A stretch of DNA of 64,000 nt, from assembly GCA_013239625.1 (NCBI GenBank), contig MU053594.1, positions 1,988,127 to 2,052,126 on the forward strand, in the 5' to 3' direction. Shown piece after piece: positions 13,031 through 25,649 of this stretch (positions are counted from its first letter, which is position 1; each line of letters opens with the position of its first letter). The stretch comes from Lama guanicoe. Taxonomy: Eukaryota. The position numbers were made by a program, and so were the translations under genes. The notes under the pieces are model-generated. The model made no database searches, was not told where the DNA came from, and worked only from the letters and a program-made list of their open reading frames with translations.

Positions 13031-16000
13031 TGCCTGCTCTTGGTTTTCATTTGTCAGCTTCTTTTAATGTATTAGATTAAATGCTTCATTGATATTCGAG
13101 GCCATAGGTTTTTATCTCTAACCCTGTTGTCTGTTTTCTCCTGAAATTTTAGTTCTTCCTTCTGTGTGTGTTTTTTTTATTTTAAATATTGCATCTTTTG
13201 GAATAGAGTATCTGATTTTATGATCTTCTCTGAGTGGTTTTTTCCTCCTTCAGATTTTAGTTTAAAAATTTCTTCATTTAGTTGGAAGTTTTTTCTGAGC
13301 ACATTCACTCTGTTTTTGGTGAAATGCATTCTGACCCTCGCCAAGAACTTACTCGTCTATAAGCCGTAATTCAAAAAAGCAGTCCTACAATTCGGCTCCA
13401 TTGTTTGTATTCTGCTGTTCACTTCCCTTTTCTTTCTCTTGCAAAGTCCCAACCTTTAACCTGGAAAGAAATTGGAAATACCATCTCTTGGCTTCAGAGA
13501 CCCTTCAGTATCCTACCTGTGACCTCAGAATCATTTGACATAAAGTCTCGTTTTCTTCTGTCATTTGTTTCTGATGTGAGTTGACAGAGCTGAATGTTTG
13601 GCAAATTTATGTTTAGCTGGTTCCCTATCAAGTTTGGTATCTTGCAGGAAGATGGAATGCCTTTCTCTTAGCTGTGTTAGGTCTGTTTCCACATAGATGC
13701 TTCCAAACTCTCCAATCAGGGTCATTTACAGAAACTCTAATTCAAAGCCTGGGAGCCACATCCTGCCTCACGTAACTTAGCCTCTTCCACCCGGCCTGTG
13801 TGTCTGACTTACTTACACCCGTGAGTGTTTACAAAGGAGGCCTGCTATTCCTGTAATGCCATTCTTTTCTGCTACCTTCCCTCCGACTAGTCTGCCAAAC
13901 CACTTTTCAGACTACAAATCTTACTTTCTACAGGAGTTCTTGCAGACCGAGCAATGAAGAACAAATGATATTTGTTTTTATTTTGTTATTGTGGCACAAT
14001 TTTACCATGGTTACTTGCCCTGTCCATTCGCCTGTTAATTATACACTATCCATTTCCCTTTGAAAAAAATCTACTTAATCTTTAAAAAAAATCTATTTAT
14101 AACCATCCCTCAATTATCTGTTAGTAGAAAAAATAGTACATAAATAAACCCTACTCCTAAATATATTTTGCTATTAATACTTCAATATGAGAATATTTGG
14201 GGAATTCACAGAATTTCAAATAAACTAACAAAGTTACCCATTGAAACCTAACATCGGAATCACCAGAAAATTGGTCATGTTCCCCAGTCCATTTACCCTA
14301 CCTAGCTTTTCCCAACATTCAGGTAGGGAACAAGTGATGTAATTTCATAGGTTGATGCAGATGTTTACCTGGGCAGAGCTTCATTTGCTAAATTTACACC
14401 TTTTTGAGTGGGTGATGAAAACAACTGTGAAAGATTTGAGTTTAAAAAGTCATTTCCTCTTCTCGGACCGCAAAATATATACCAGGAGCTGATGATAATG
14501 TCAGTCGACTGATTAAGCAGAGAAAATTATAATAGAAAATTTTTTTGCGAATGTTTTGCCAAGTACAGGTGATTAAAAATTAATTTTCTGTTACTTTGTG
14601 TTTCTACTTTGGCATGATTGCTTTATTCTATTGGCTGAACGCCATTTAAAGTTTATTCATCCGGTATTGTCCGTCTTAGCTAGTGAGCTTCTGAAGGGCA
14701 GGCATCTATCTATATGTCTGTCTTCCTCTGGTCCTCTTTTAACTTCTAATGACAACATAAGAACCTTAAAAAGAAAATTGAAATTTTTGACAGAAATGTT
14801 GTCTGTCTTTTTGTACCTATGACTCAAGTAGAAGTTCTCTAAAAGTTGTGTGATTTGTTTTCCTTTTGTTTCTTAATTTGGTACTTAATACTCTTAAAGA
14901 TGGTAGTGACAGTGACTTTAGTCATTAAAAAAAACCCAGTGAATTTCATTCTATATTATGAATGTATTCTTAAAATACTTTATATAAACTGATATTTTAA
15001 AAAATCAAATTTACGAAAGAAACCCTGAATTTGCTGTTGCAAAAGAGAAGAAATTAAACAATTTCTCATGGTTTCTCAGTTTTCTAAATATGCATTTTGT
15101 ACAAAGTAGTAGGTTTGTATTGAGATATTGTTGTTGAGAACTGAGAGATGTGTACACTGGGCTTCGCTGAGTGGCATTTCCACTCAGTGGGTGTTCGCTC
15201 TCCTGGGTATTCACACAGGGCACACCAAGCTTGGTATATTGCAAGAAGATGGAATACCATTCTCTCCTGGGTATTCACATCCATGTACATTGGTAAAGCC
15301 CTTGGAATTGAAGGAGCTCTGTAAAAATTTAACATTTTTTTTTAAGCACAGAAGCTCACAAAATTTCCCCAACCCTTTACACAACTTAATTTCAGGATAA
15401 TAGTGATACTGTCTTAACTAATTAAGTAGCTCCTTGACATCGGCAAATTCAGAGAACTGAAACGACCTTATTTTATCTTTGCCATTCCTGGCAAATATGT
15501 GTCTTCAACTGTGTTTAGTGCTGGAAGTTAGACCGAGTTCCTAATTGCTCATGCCTTTGGTGATAAAAAAAGCAGATCCTGTGTGTCTGTTACCTCCAGT
15601 ACAAGGATGTCTTTCAACGTGAAAATACATCTAACAATGAGCAGCAGTGGTTTGAGAAGAGTAAAATCAGCAACGTCGAGTATGTTTATAGTTGTAATGA
15701 AATTATTTTCATTACAGTGGTCTTTTCTTAGAGTTGAGAACCATTTTAGTGACTTGCAACTTAAACCCTCTGAAGAGATGGTAAAACCTCTGGGGTAGGG
15801 TTTAGGACTTCCATAAATCTTAGAGCTGCAGCTAGAGGCAGAGTATTCAGAGGTCCCATTTCCCGACGCAAACGTAACATTAGCTGGGTTGAAATAAGAT
15901 GAGCACTTAGTTGTGGGCAAAGGGTTCGAAGCGTTATTCTGCTTTTCTGTTGGTGTCATTTCAGAGGGTTGACTGTTTCAAACACTTGTTTGTTTTATGA

Positions 16001-16036
16001 TTCCTTGCCGATGTAATTCACATTTAAATATAGTAA

Positions 16037-16103
16037 TATATATATATATGTATATATATATTCACACACACATACATACATACCTACATATATATATACA
16101 CAC
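16037..16103. repeat. compound (TA)/(CA) microsatellite
   Basis: atatatatatatgtatatatatattcacacacacatacatacatac..tatatacacacaca. Confidence 0.85.
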
Positions 16104-17859
16104 ACAATAGGACTTCTTTTTATGTTTGTATTTTGTATATACTGAAACGTTGTGGCTAAAATGGAGTCAAAAGAAATCTTCTCAGAGAAATTCTTTACAT
16201 GGAGGAAGTTCTGCCAGCTTGCAGAGCTGGTCTTAATTGTCTCTAATATCTTGTCTGTGAATTGAGAATAAGCAAGGAACATCCATGTGGAGCTTTGGTT
16301 TGCTCTTAAATCTGAATCTTCCATTCATTTTCTGTGCCTTTGTGTTCTCTAATCCTCTTCCCAAAAGCTGGAGAACACTCATAAATCTGAAGGGAGTTGT
16401 ATATTCTGTACGCGGCAGTGGGATCCTGGAATAATTGTTTATATTGATTTTTCTATGCAACTCCCATACTTTATTTTTTCTTTTTATTCTATAAAATGTC
16501 CAACTAAGTCAGATCTTGTTATGATGAATTGTCTAGCCTTACTCATAATTAGTAGCCAGCCTACTGGAGCCTCAACTCATTTTGATAGAAGTTTTTTTTT
16601 CAGGAGACTTATTGCAGTGTGATGTGATCTTTATTGTATGATATTTTAGAGGAAATACATTGTCCTCCTGGGGCTTACATGCCAAGAGAAGAAATGCTTG
16701 GCACTTACATAGCTGGTCTTAGTTTCAGTGGTTTGAAGTTGGCCAGCATCCCATTGCAGGTGTGATGACTGCTCTTTCCTTGAGCAAATACTCTTTGAGT
16801 ACTTGCTGTGTGCCAGGTACTGTACCAGGCATCAGGGATACAGTGGTGATCAGGATGGCTCAGTCCCTGCTTTCACAGAGCTTGGAATGCTCAGCTAGAA
16901 AGGGTCCTGGGCCTCACTGCAGTTGCTCTGCAGGGAGACATGAGGACATGTAATAAATCAACATTTATTGTATGTTTTGGAAAGGAAGAGGACATCCTGG
17001 ATACTGCTTAGAAGTTAGGTATTAAATTCATAGTATAAGTCATCCGTTGTTGCTGTTTGAGAGCCTCAGTTATGACCACATTTTACTGAGCTCTGGGCAG
17101 AGCATCTTCACAGTCTTTTTCAGTTTCAGTCCTCCCACTTGCCTTGGATGTTACGGGACAGTTGATTTCGACTGATCTTTCACATCGTCACCTTAGACTC
17201 TTAGAGGATTCTTTACTGTGTTTGTTCCCCAGAGAATTTTCAGTGACATTTGAGAACTAAGATCTGTTTTATATACGGAGATGGTTTTTCTCTGATGTTC
17301 TCTGAACCTCACTTTGGCCCTTGCCAGAGATATCTATTTTTACAGCTATGTGCGTCATTGTCATTTCCAGCTGATAGATGCGTGAACGCAAGTTCACATC
17401 CTTCCTGTCTTAGGACTTGTGGGGGCCTGGCTCAGGCTGCTGGATAGACAGCAGGAAAGGTCACTGAGAAGAGGAGGTTAAACTATTAGCTCTTTCCTTG
17501 TCCCCACACGACATTCTAAACTGTGATAAATTTATTGTTTGGTACAACTGTTGAACCCATTCTTCTTATAATTTTTTTCTCAGTCTTCAGCCTCCTCCAC
17601 AGCCTTTCTGTGGCTGTTGAAATCCACTCTCCCCGAGTTTCAAAACTGTGTGCTTCTTTGATTCTCCTCCTACAAGAGTGATTCCTTCCGTCCCCTACGT
17701 CTTCCACTTTCCTCTGCCCAGTGCTTTACGCATCCTCCCACGCTGTATCTGTGGTCGTCTGCTCCTCTCTGCTCCTTTCTTCTCTCCCTTTTCCTACACT
17801 TTCACCTGTTCCTCCCTCATCTTATTTTCACATTTTTTCCATGCACTCTTGTGTATATT

Positions 17860-18520
17860 TGTTAAATACACATTTACTTAGCACCTACTGTGTGCTTTGT
17901 ATTATGCTAGGTTTGGGGAATGCACGAGTAAATGAGATGGACCCAGCCCCAGCTTCCATGGGACTTAGCATTTTCCCAGTTGACTCATAAATTATAATTG
18001 TGCAGTGTTTTAATGGGGGCGTACTGATGGCTATGAGAGCATGAAATTGAGGGGCCTGTCCTAGTTTAAGTGGACATTGGAATCTTTCCTAGGAAATCAT
18101 TTTTAGCTGGAATCTGAAGAGTGTGTGGGAACTTATGAGGCAGAAACAGGGAGTGTTCCAGGCAGTAGGAACAGAAAACTGTAACTCAGTATTCTGGTCA
18201 CATGGGCCTTCCTTCAGTTACTTGAATTCACCGTGACTCTTCCCACCTTAGTAGGTATTGAAACACATTTTACCATCTTCTCTCAGTCTCACCTAAACTG
18301 ATTCTTCACTGCGACTCCTTCCTTTTCCCAGTTCACTGCATTAGCAGCCTTGGTGTTACTGATTTACTTTGAAATCCACCTGGGATCTACCCCTTCTTCT
18401 TCCTTCATTCCCTCTGCTCTACAATGTCAAGGTGCCATCACTTCACAGGGGGACACTGCAGTAGTGACCTCCAGCCATTTCTTGCTCCACCCTCCCCAGC
18501 GTTAGCCTCTCATTCTGAGA
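17860..18520. mobile_element. L2 LINE fragments
   Basis: catttacttagcacctactgtgtgc..gctaggtttgggga.., gggagtgttccaggcag and a following L2-like pyrimidine-rich tract. Confidence 0.6.
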
Positions 18521-18579
18521 CCCTTTTTTAAAACTTTGGAATTGTTAATTTTATTTTATTTATTCTAAAATTTAAAAAA

Positions 18580-18922
18580 AATTTATTGAAGCGTAGTTGA
18601 TCTGCAACACTTCAGGTGCACAGCGAAGTGATTCAGTCATACGCCGAGGTATCTGTTCTTTTTCAGATTCTTTTCCGTCACAGGTTATTACAAGCTACTG
18701 AATGTAATTCCCTGTGCTGTGCAGTAGGTCCTTGTGGTTTGTCTATTTTATATACAGTAGCGTGTATCTGTTAATCCCAAATTCCAAATTTATCCCTCCA
18801 CCCCTTTTCACCCCTTTGGTAACCGTAAGTTTGTTCTCTCTGTCTGTGAATCTATTTCTGTTTTGTGAATAAGTTCATTTGTATCATTTCTTTTAGATTC
18901 CACACTTAAGTGATATCATATG
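18580..18922 (-). mobile_element. LINE-1 3' UTR fragment (cetartiodactyl type)
   Basis: tttattgaagcgtagttgat..cagattcttttcc..ccctttggtaaccgtaagtttgtt..tagattccacacttaagtgatatcat. Confidence 0.85.
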
Positions 18923-19369
18923 ACTGCAACTCATTTTTTTAATCATATTACTCCTTGGTTAAAAAAACCTAGAATAGATTCCTGATGCATAAAATCCAGA
19001 TTCTCCTAATTTGGGTCCTCCATTATGAGTCCTCAGAATACCTCTCTAGCTTTGTTTCCTGACACAGACCCCTTGGAACAAGCAGACAGTCCACCTGTTT
19101 GCCCTGTAAACCACACTGATTTCTGCCTTTTGTTCTCCAGGAAATCTTCTCAACTAGTGTAGCCCCCAGTGATTTCTTCTTCTCTGAACTCTACTCTTAT
19201 AATACTTTCTAAATATATTTCATATGTGCTTATGTTACTTCCTGACCTAAATTGTAAGTTTAATAACAGAGACATGTCTCACAGGAGTTTTATATACCCT
19301 GGTTTAGAATTCACCAAGTAGGTACTTAATAAAGACTTCAATGATGCTCAGAAGATTTGTTTTCCCAGT

Positions 19370-19630
19370 TTTTTTTTTATTGAAGTATAGTTGGTTTCTG
19401 ATACTGCGTTAGTTTCAGGTAGACAGCATAGTGATTCAGTTTTTTTTTTTTGGAGATTATATTCCATTATACGTTATTGCAAGATACTCGGTATAATTCC
19501 CTGTGCTCTGCAGTAAATCCTTGTTGCTTATCTATTTATAGTTGTTTGTATCTGATAATCCCATGCTCCTAATTTGTCCTTTCCCCTGCTTTTCCTTTCA
19601 TAACCATAAGTTTGTTTTCTGTATCTTTGA
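19370..19630 (-). mobile_element. LINE-1 3' UTR fragment
   Basis: Poly-T then attgaagtatagttg..ccctgtgct..taaccataagtttgttttct. Confidence 0.85.
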
Positions 19631-19889
19631 CCCCAAAAAAGATTCGTTTTGATATCATTTAGTGGATGCTGCTAATTCATTGCTAATCAAAGATTATGAG
19701 TAGTTAATATTGTAACCCCTTATATCCTATGTGTTTGGCATACACTGAATTGACAATAAATACCAATCTGGGTTGAAAACAAGAATAATTCATTTTAATG
19801 GGCTCTATTGTTCATGAGTTCTTTTCCATGAGTCAAGTTCTCACATTTCACGGAATAGATTAAGGATTCCTTCTACTGTTACAGCTATT

Positions 19890-20070
19890 TGTAGTGGTAG
19901 TCCTTTGTAGTTTACACGTTTTATTTAAATGATTGTGTCATTTAATCTTCATTATGACTCTGAGGTAAGTGATATGATCCTCATTTTACAGAAGAAGAAA
20001 TTGAGGTATAAAAATCTTAAATGAGTGTGGGTCACTCAGCTACTTTGTGGTGGAGACCAGACCTGAATCT
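19890..20070 (-). mobile_element. MIR SINE
   Basis: tcatttaatcttcat..tgaggtaag..cattttacagaagaagaaattgagg. Confidence 0.7.
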
Positions 20071-20074
20071 TAAA

Positions 20075-21310
20075 ATTTTTTTCCAGCTTTATTGAGATAT
20101 AATTGACAAATAGCATTGTATAAGTTTAAGTTATACAATGTGGTGATTGGATACATGTATATATTGTGAAATGATCACCACAGTAAGGTTAGTTAACACA
20201 TCACCTCACATGGTTACCATATTTTTGTGGTAAGAACATTTAAGATCTTTTCTCTTGGGTTGTTAACTGTATTGTTAACTGTATTGTTAACTGTAGTCAC
20301 CATGCTGTACATTAGATCCCCAAAACTTAGTCACCTGTAAGTGAAATCTGTGCCTTGATCAACATCTCTCCCTGTCTCCCAGCCCCTGGTAACCACCATT
20401 CTACTTTGTTTCTGAGTTCCACTTTCAGATTCCACATGGAAGTGAGATCATACAATATTTGTCTTTCTATCTGACTTACTTCAGTTAATATAATGCCATC
20501 AAGGTTCATCTATGTTGTCACAAATAGCAGGGTTTCATTCTTTTTTGTGGCTGAATAATATTCATGTTTATGTGTTCTGGCCATACCACATTTCATCCTT
20601 TGACAGATACTTAGGTTGTTTCCATGTCTTGGCTATTGTGAATAATGCTGCCATGAACTTGGGGGATGCAGATATTGTTTCAAGATAGTTGTTCAGTTTC
20701 TTCAGATACATACCAAAAGTGGAATTTCTGGATCATATGGTAGTTCTATCTTTAATTTTTTGAGGAACCTCCATACTGTTTTCATAATGGCTGTAACAAT
20801 TTCCATTCCTACCAACAGCACAAGGGTTCTCTTTTCTCCACATCTTCACCAATACTTATTATCTCTCGTCTTTTTGATAATAGCCATTCTAACAGGTATG
20901 AGAAGATATCCCATTGTGGTTTTGATTTGCATTTTTCTGATGATTGGTGATGTTGAGCACCTTTTCATGTACTTGTTGGCCATTTGTGTATCTTCTTTGG
21001 AAAGAAATGTCTATTGAGATTCTTTGCCCATTTGAAAAAATTGGGACAGGGGTAGGGTAATTAGGTTTATTTTTTTGTTTGTTTGTTTCTGGGTAGGTAC
21101 TGGGGATTGAACCCAGAACCTTGTGTATGCTGAACATGTGCTCTACCACTTGAGCTGTACCCTCCCCACTCTTTGCCAATTTTAAATCATATTATTTAGC
21201 TTTTTGCTGTTGAGTTGTATGAGTTCCCTAAACATTTTGAGTATTAACTCCTTCTCAGATATATGTTTCAAATATTTTTTCCTTTTCATAGGTTATCTTT
21301 TTATTTTGCT
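20075..21310 (-). mobile_element. LINE-1 3' fragment (L1MA-like), interrupted by a SINE
   Basis: cagctttattgagatataattgacaaatagcattgtataagtttaag through antisense ORF2 C-terminal sequence. Confidence 0.85.
21034..21169 (-). mobile_element. tRNA-derived camelid-type SINE inserted in L1
   Basis: Minus strand ggggagggtacagctcaagtggtagagcacatgttcagcat..ggttcaatccccagtacc..cctaattacc. TSD tctttgcccattt (21021-21033) / tctttgccaattt (21170-21182). Confidence 0.9.
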
Positions 21311-22179
21311 GATTTTTAGGGCTTCTTTTCTAACTATCTTATTTCTTCTCTACTAGAGAACCTGCCCTTGTACCTAACTGTTTCCTGCCGGAGACCTTTG
21401 TCCTTGTGTGTTTTAGTTGTTCAGTAACTGCTTCCTAGAAAAAAAGAATATTCAGCAGCTGCTTCCCAGAAAGGATGAAAAGAGGTTACATTTCTCTTCT
21501 TAGTGGATTAGTTTCTAAATTAGTATAATTTTGCCTAGGTGTCTTTCGAAAACCTTTACTTACATGGAATTTGCATGTGGATGGTGTGATGAGTGAAGCC
21601 TAAAGCTAACTGCTGTGGTTGGATGTTAATTAGTTACTACCCACATCTCTGGTAGACCATGTATCCAACACCACATCTAGATATTCATACCTGGCCAGGC
21701 TGAGGTCAAGTGTTTGTCATACTCAGAGCTCCCTCACCAAAGGAGGTCTAGGTGTGAGACCATGTGTCTCTGCCCCTTGCTGGTTCTATTTGAATAGAGG
21801 CATGGCACTTGCAAAAGCTCTTAAAAACTTGTTTCATGTTTTTAAAATCCTTGGGAGTTACAGAGTGGGTGTTCAGACCAAAAAGGCTGCTTCCTGGAGT
21901 GTTTATGCAAAGGATCATTTTTAGAGAGTTATGCAGAATGGAATTGGGTCTGACGTCAATTCTCAGTGTGCTTCCTCTCCCCTGGAGGAACAGCCCATAT
22001 GTAGAGGCAGATGTGAGACTGAAGTCTTTTTTATGTACGAATAATGCTGGAAAAGAATGAGAACATTACTGTGAAGTAGAGGTTGGGAAAGAATGGAGTT
22101 TACTGTAAGCCAGAGATGGCCAAGTTGGTCTTACATGCATTTTTCGAATCTTCAATTGTGTATAAAGCCTAAACCTAAA

Positions 22180-24960
22180 TGTGCACAAAACATAAATGTA
22201 CAGTAAATTAATAAGATAGCAATAATAGAGCAAACACCTGTGTAACCATCACCCAGGTCAAATACAAGAACTTTACCAGCACCCCAGAAGCACCCCCAGC
22301 AGTTCCTTTTGATCACTACCCACCTCCCCTTCAGAGGGAATCTCCTGACTTGTATGATAAGAATGGCCTTACTTTTCTTTTTAGATTTACTACTGTTATA
22401 TGTATTCCTAAACCGTAAAGGTTAGTTTTTGCCTATTTTTGAACTTCATATACATGGAATCATATTGCGTTTTTATATGTCTTGGCCTTTTTCTCAACAT
22501 TTTGTTTGTAATAGTCACACATTGTTGAATGTAGCTGTAGTTTGTTCTCTTTTATTATGATATAGCATTTCACTGTATGACTCTGCCACTATTTATTATT
22601 TTACTATTGATGATTGGTTGTTTCATGCCTGGGCCAGCCATAAATACTGCCACTTTGAACGTTCTTGAACTTGTCTGTGGTGCATGCATTTCTGTTGGAT
22701 ATATATTAGCTCGAACCATGTGAAAGTACCATTTTTGTGATTCAGTCACATATTGATGATTCCATATGGTTCAATCTAATACCTTGGAGTAGAATTGCTG
22801 GATCGTAGGGAATGCGTATGTTTAGTTTTAGTAGATTCTGCCAAATAGTTTTCTAAAACTCTACGAACTTAATCTTCTGCCAGCAATGTGTAAGAGCTGC
22901 TCCACTTTCTGGCCAGCATTTGGTATTGTAATTTTTCATTGTGATTTTGATTTGCATTTCCTTGGTTACTAATGAGGTTGAGTACTCGTTTTTGTTTGTT
23001 TTGGCCGGTTAGATTTCTTCTTATGAAGAACCTATTCAAGTCATTCGCCCATTTTTCTTTTGGATAGTCCATCTTTGTCTTATTGATTAGCAGGTGTTCT
23101 TTATATATTCTAGATACGAGTACTTGACTGTTAACTGTGTCGTGTGTATCTTCTCCCATTCTGTGGCTCATTTCTTTACTCTCTTAATGGCATCCTTGAT
23201 GAAACAGACATTCCCAATTTTAATGTAGTCAAATTTACCATCACTTCTTTTGTAGTTAAAGCTTTTTGTGTCTTGTCTAAAAATACCTTTGCCATACACA
23301 AGATCTTGACAGTCGTCTTCCATATTATCTTCTGAGAGTTTTGCTTTTCACTTTAGTTCTATAATCTGACTGAAGTTGATTTTTATGTGCAGAGTGAGGT
23401 CAAGATCCAATTTCATTTTTCCCCCAATGGATATCCAGTTGTCCCAGCACCAGTTAATGAAGAGACCATCCTCTTCCCACTGCTGTGAGGTGTCACTTCT
23501 GTCATAGATCTGGGTCTATATGTGTCTGTTTCAGACTCTGTTCAATGGTCTGTTCTATTCCTAACCTAATACCTCACTGTCTTAATTATTCTTACTTTAT
23601 AGTAAGTCCCCACATTGTTCTTCTTTTCTAAAATGCTGTAGCTATCCACGTCCTTCTGCATTTCCACAAACATTTTAGAATCGTGTTATCAAATTGCACA
23701 AAAAGAGTCTGTTGGGATTTTTATTGAGACTGTATTTAATCTATCCATCAATTTATTTAGGATATACATCTTAATAATAGTGGGTCTTTAACTTGGAAAT
23801 AAGATTCATCTCTCCATTTAATAAGATCTGCTTTATTGCCTGTCAAAATTTTTTTTGAAATAAAATTCACCATTTCAACAATTTAAAAACTTATGATCAA
23901 ATTTACTATTTTAACCATCTTTAGATGTACAATTCACTTGTACTAAGAACATTCACACTGTTGTACAACCATCACCACTCTCTATGTCCAGAACTTTTTC
24001 ATCATGCCAGACTGAAACTCAGCACCCATTAAACGAACATTTTGTTTATCCATTCATGCACTGATGGACGTTTGGGTTCTTTCCACCTTTTGTCTATTGT
24101 GAATAGAGCTACTGTGAACTTTGGGATACAGATAGCTGTTTTGAGTCCTTGCTTTCAGTTCTGTTGGTTATATGCTTAGAAATGGAGTTGCTGGATCTTA
24201 TCATAATTAATTAATGTCCATCAGTGGATGAATCATTTTTAGGTACACAATTCAGCTGCCCTGAGAACATTTATACTGTTGTGGAAGCATCACCACTCTC
24301 TACCTCCAGAACTTTTTCAGTGGCTTTTAGTACATTTATATTGTTATGCAACCGTCACCACAATGTGATTTCAGAACGTTTCAATCACTCCCCACTCAAA
24401 AAACCCATACCCATTTAGCAGTCAACCTCCCAATCCTTAGCAACCACTAATCTGCTTTCTGTCTTAATGGGTTTGCCTCTTCTGGACATTTCATATAAAT
24501 GAAATCACACAAAATGTAGGCTTTTTGTTTCACTTATTTCACTTAGCATGTTTTCAAGGTTTATAGAGGACTTTTGCACATTTTCCCAGATTTATCCCAA
24601 GGCACACATTTTCAAATCAAACAATCTAATGTGCTGTTTACAGCTATTATAAAGGAATATATGATGCTGATTTTATATTCTGTAGGCCTAGAGTTTGGTA
24701 AGCTCTCTTAATTCCAAAAATTTATCTTTTGATTCTTTTGGATTTTATACATACCAGTCATCTCATTGTAAAGAATAAATGAGTTTTGTTTCTTTCCATT
24801 TCTCCTGCTGCTTGTTTCTGTTACCTTACCCTGCTGACTAGGCTGTCCAGTACAGGGCTGCGGACACTAGTGGTAACTGCTGCCTTGGCTTAGTCCTGAT
24901 TTTTAAGGAAAAGCTTTCAACCCTTCATTGTTAAAGATGAGATCTGCTGTAGATCTATTC
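22180..24960 (-). mobile_element. old LINE-1 (L1ME/MC-like) 3' region with nested younger L1 pieces
   Basis: Antisense ORF2-like text (ORF 22869-23171: LVSRIYKEHLLINK..KWANDLNRFF). Nested L1MB-like 3' ends at about 23850-24570. Confidence 0.75.
22704..22781. mobile_element. MADE2 mariner-derived MITE inside L1
   Basis: Near-palindromic ~78 bp TAttagctcgaaccatgtgaaa..ttccatatggttcaatctaaTA with TA duplication. Confidence 0.85.
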
Positions 24961-25391
24961 ATTTTTCAAATCATCTGTATCTTAGCTGAAACTTGGCATT
25001 CTAGGAGAACTCTTTTTTGGTTTTAATTTTTAAGAGACATTTAGATGGGCTCCTGAGAGCCCTTTGCTGCTGATTCAGTCATTTTTGGCAGTCTTGATGT
25101 ATGGCTTTTGAAGTCACACTGACCTGGGTCCAAATATGGCTCTACTGTAAACTCACGTGATTTTGGTTAGAACTGTAAATGCTTTTAGGGCAAGAACTGC
25201 ATCTTATTTATTTAGTTCTGTATCATTAGCTCTAACTTATTAATGCCTAGTACACTGTAAGGGCTTAATATAGATCTTGAAAAAATGAAGTTATATAATT
25301 TTGTAAGTCTTGGCTTCCTCATTTATAAAATAGGAGTTAATAATCTCATATATACCTTAATACAATGATTTTAAAAATAGTATGTATAGTA

Positions 25392-25529
25392 GGGAGAGGG
25401 TATAGCTCAGTGGTGGAGTGCATGCTTAGCTTGCACAGGTCCTGAGTTCAATCCCCAGTACCTCCGTCAATAAATAAAACCTAATTACCTGCCCCTCCTC
25501 AAAAAAAAACCCAAAACAAAACAAAAAAA
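25392..25529 (+). mobile_element. tRNA-derived camelid-type SINE
   Basis: gggagagggtatagctcagtggtggagtgcatgcttagc..gagttcaatccccagtacctcc..cctaattacc + A-rich tail. Degenerate TSD aaaaatagtat / aaaaacagtat. Confidence 0.9.
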
Positions 25530-25649
25530 CAGTATATGTGACATAGTTGCATGTTAAAAAACACTGAGAAAAATAAGTTTCCTTCTCTTGAGTTTATTTT
25601 TAACTGACTACATTAATAATTGAGAGGATTCTGAGACCTGATTTCTAAT

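Noticed and set aside
14488..14516. TGATGA...CTGA resembling a C/D box snoRNA
   Set aside because: The boxes are only about 13 nt apart, far too close for a snoRNA, and no family is recognisable.
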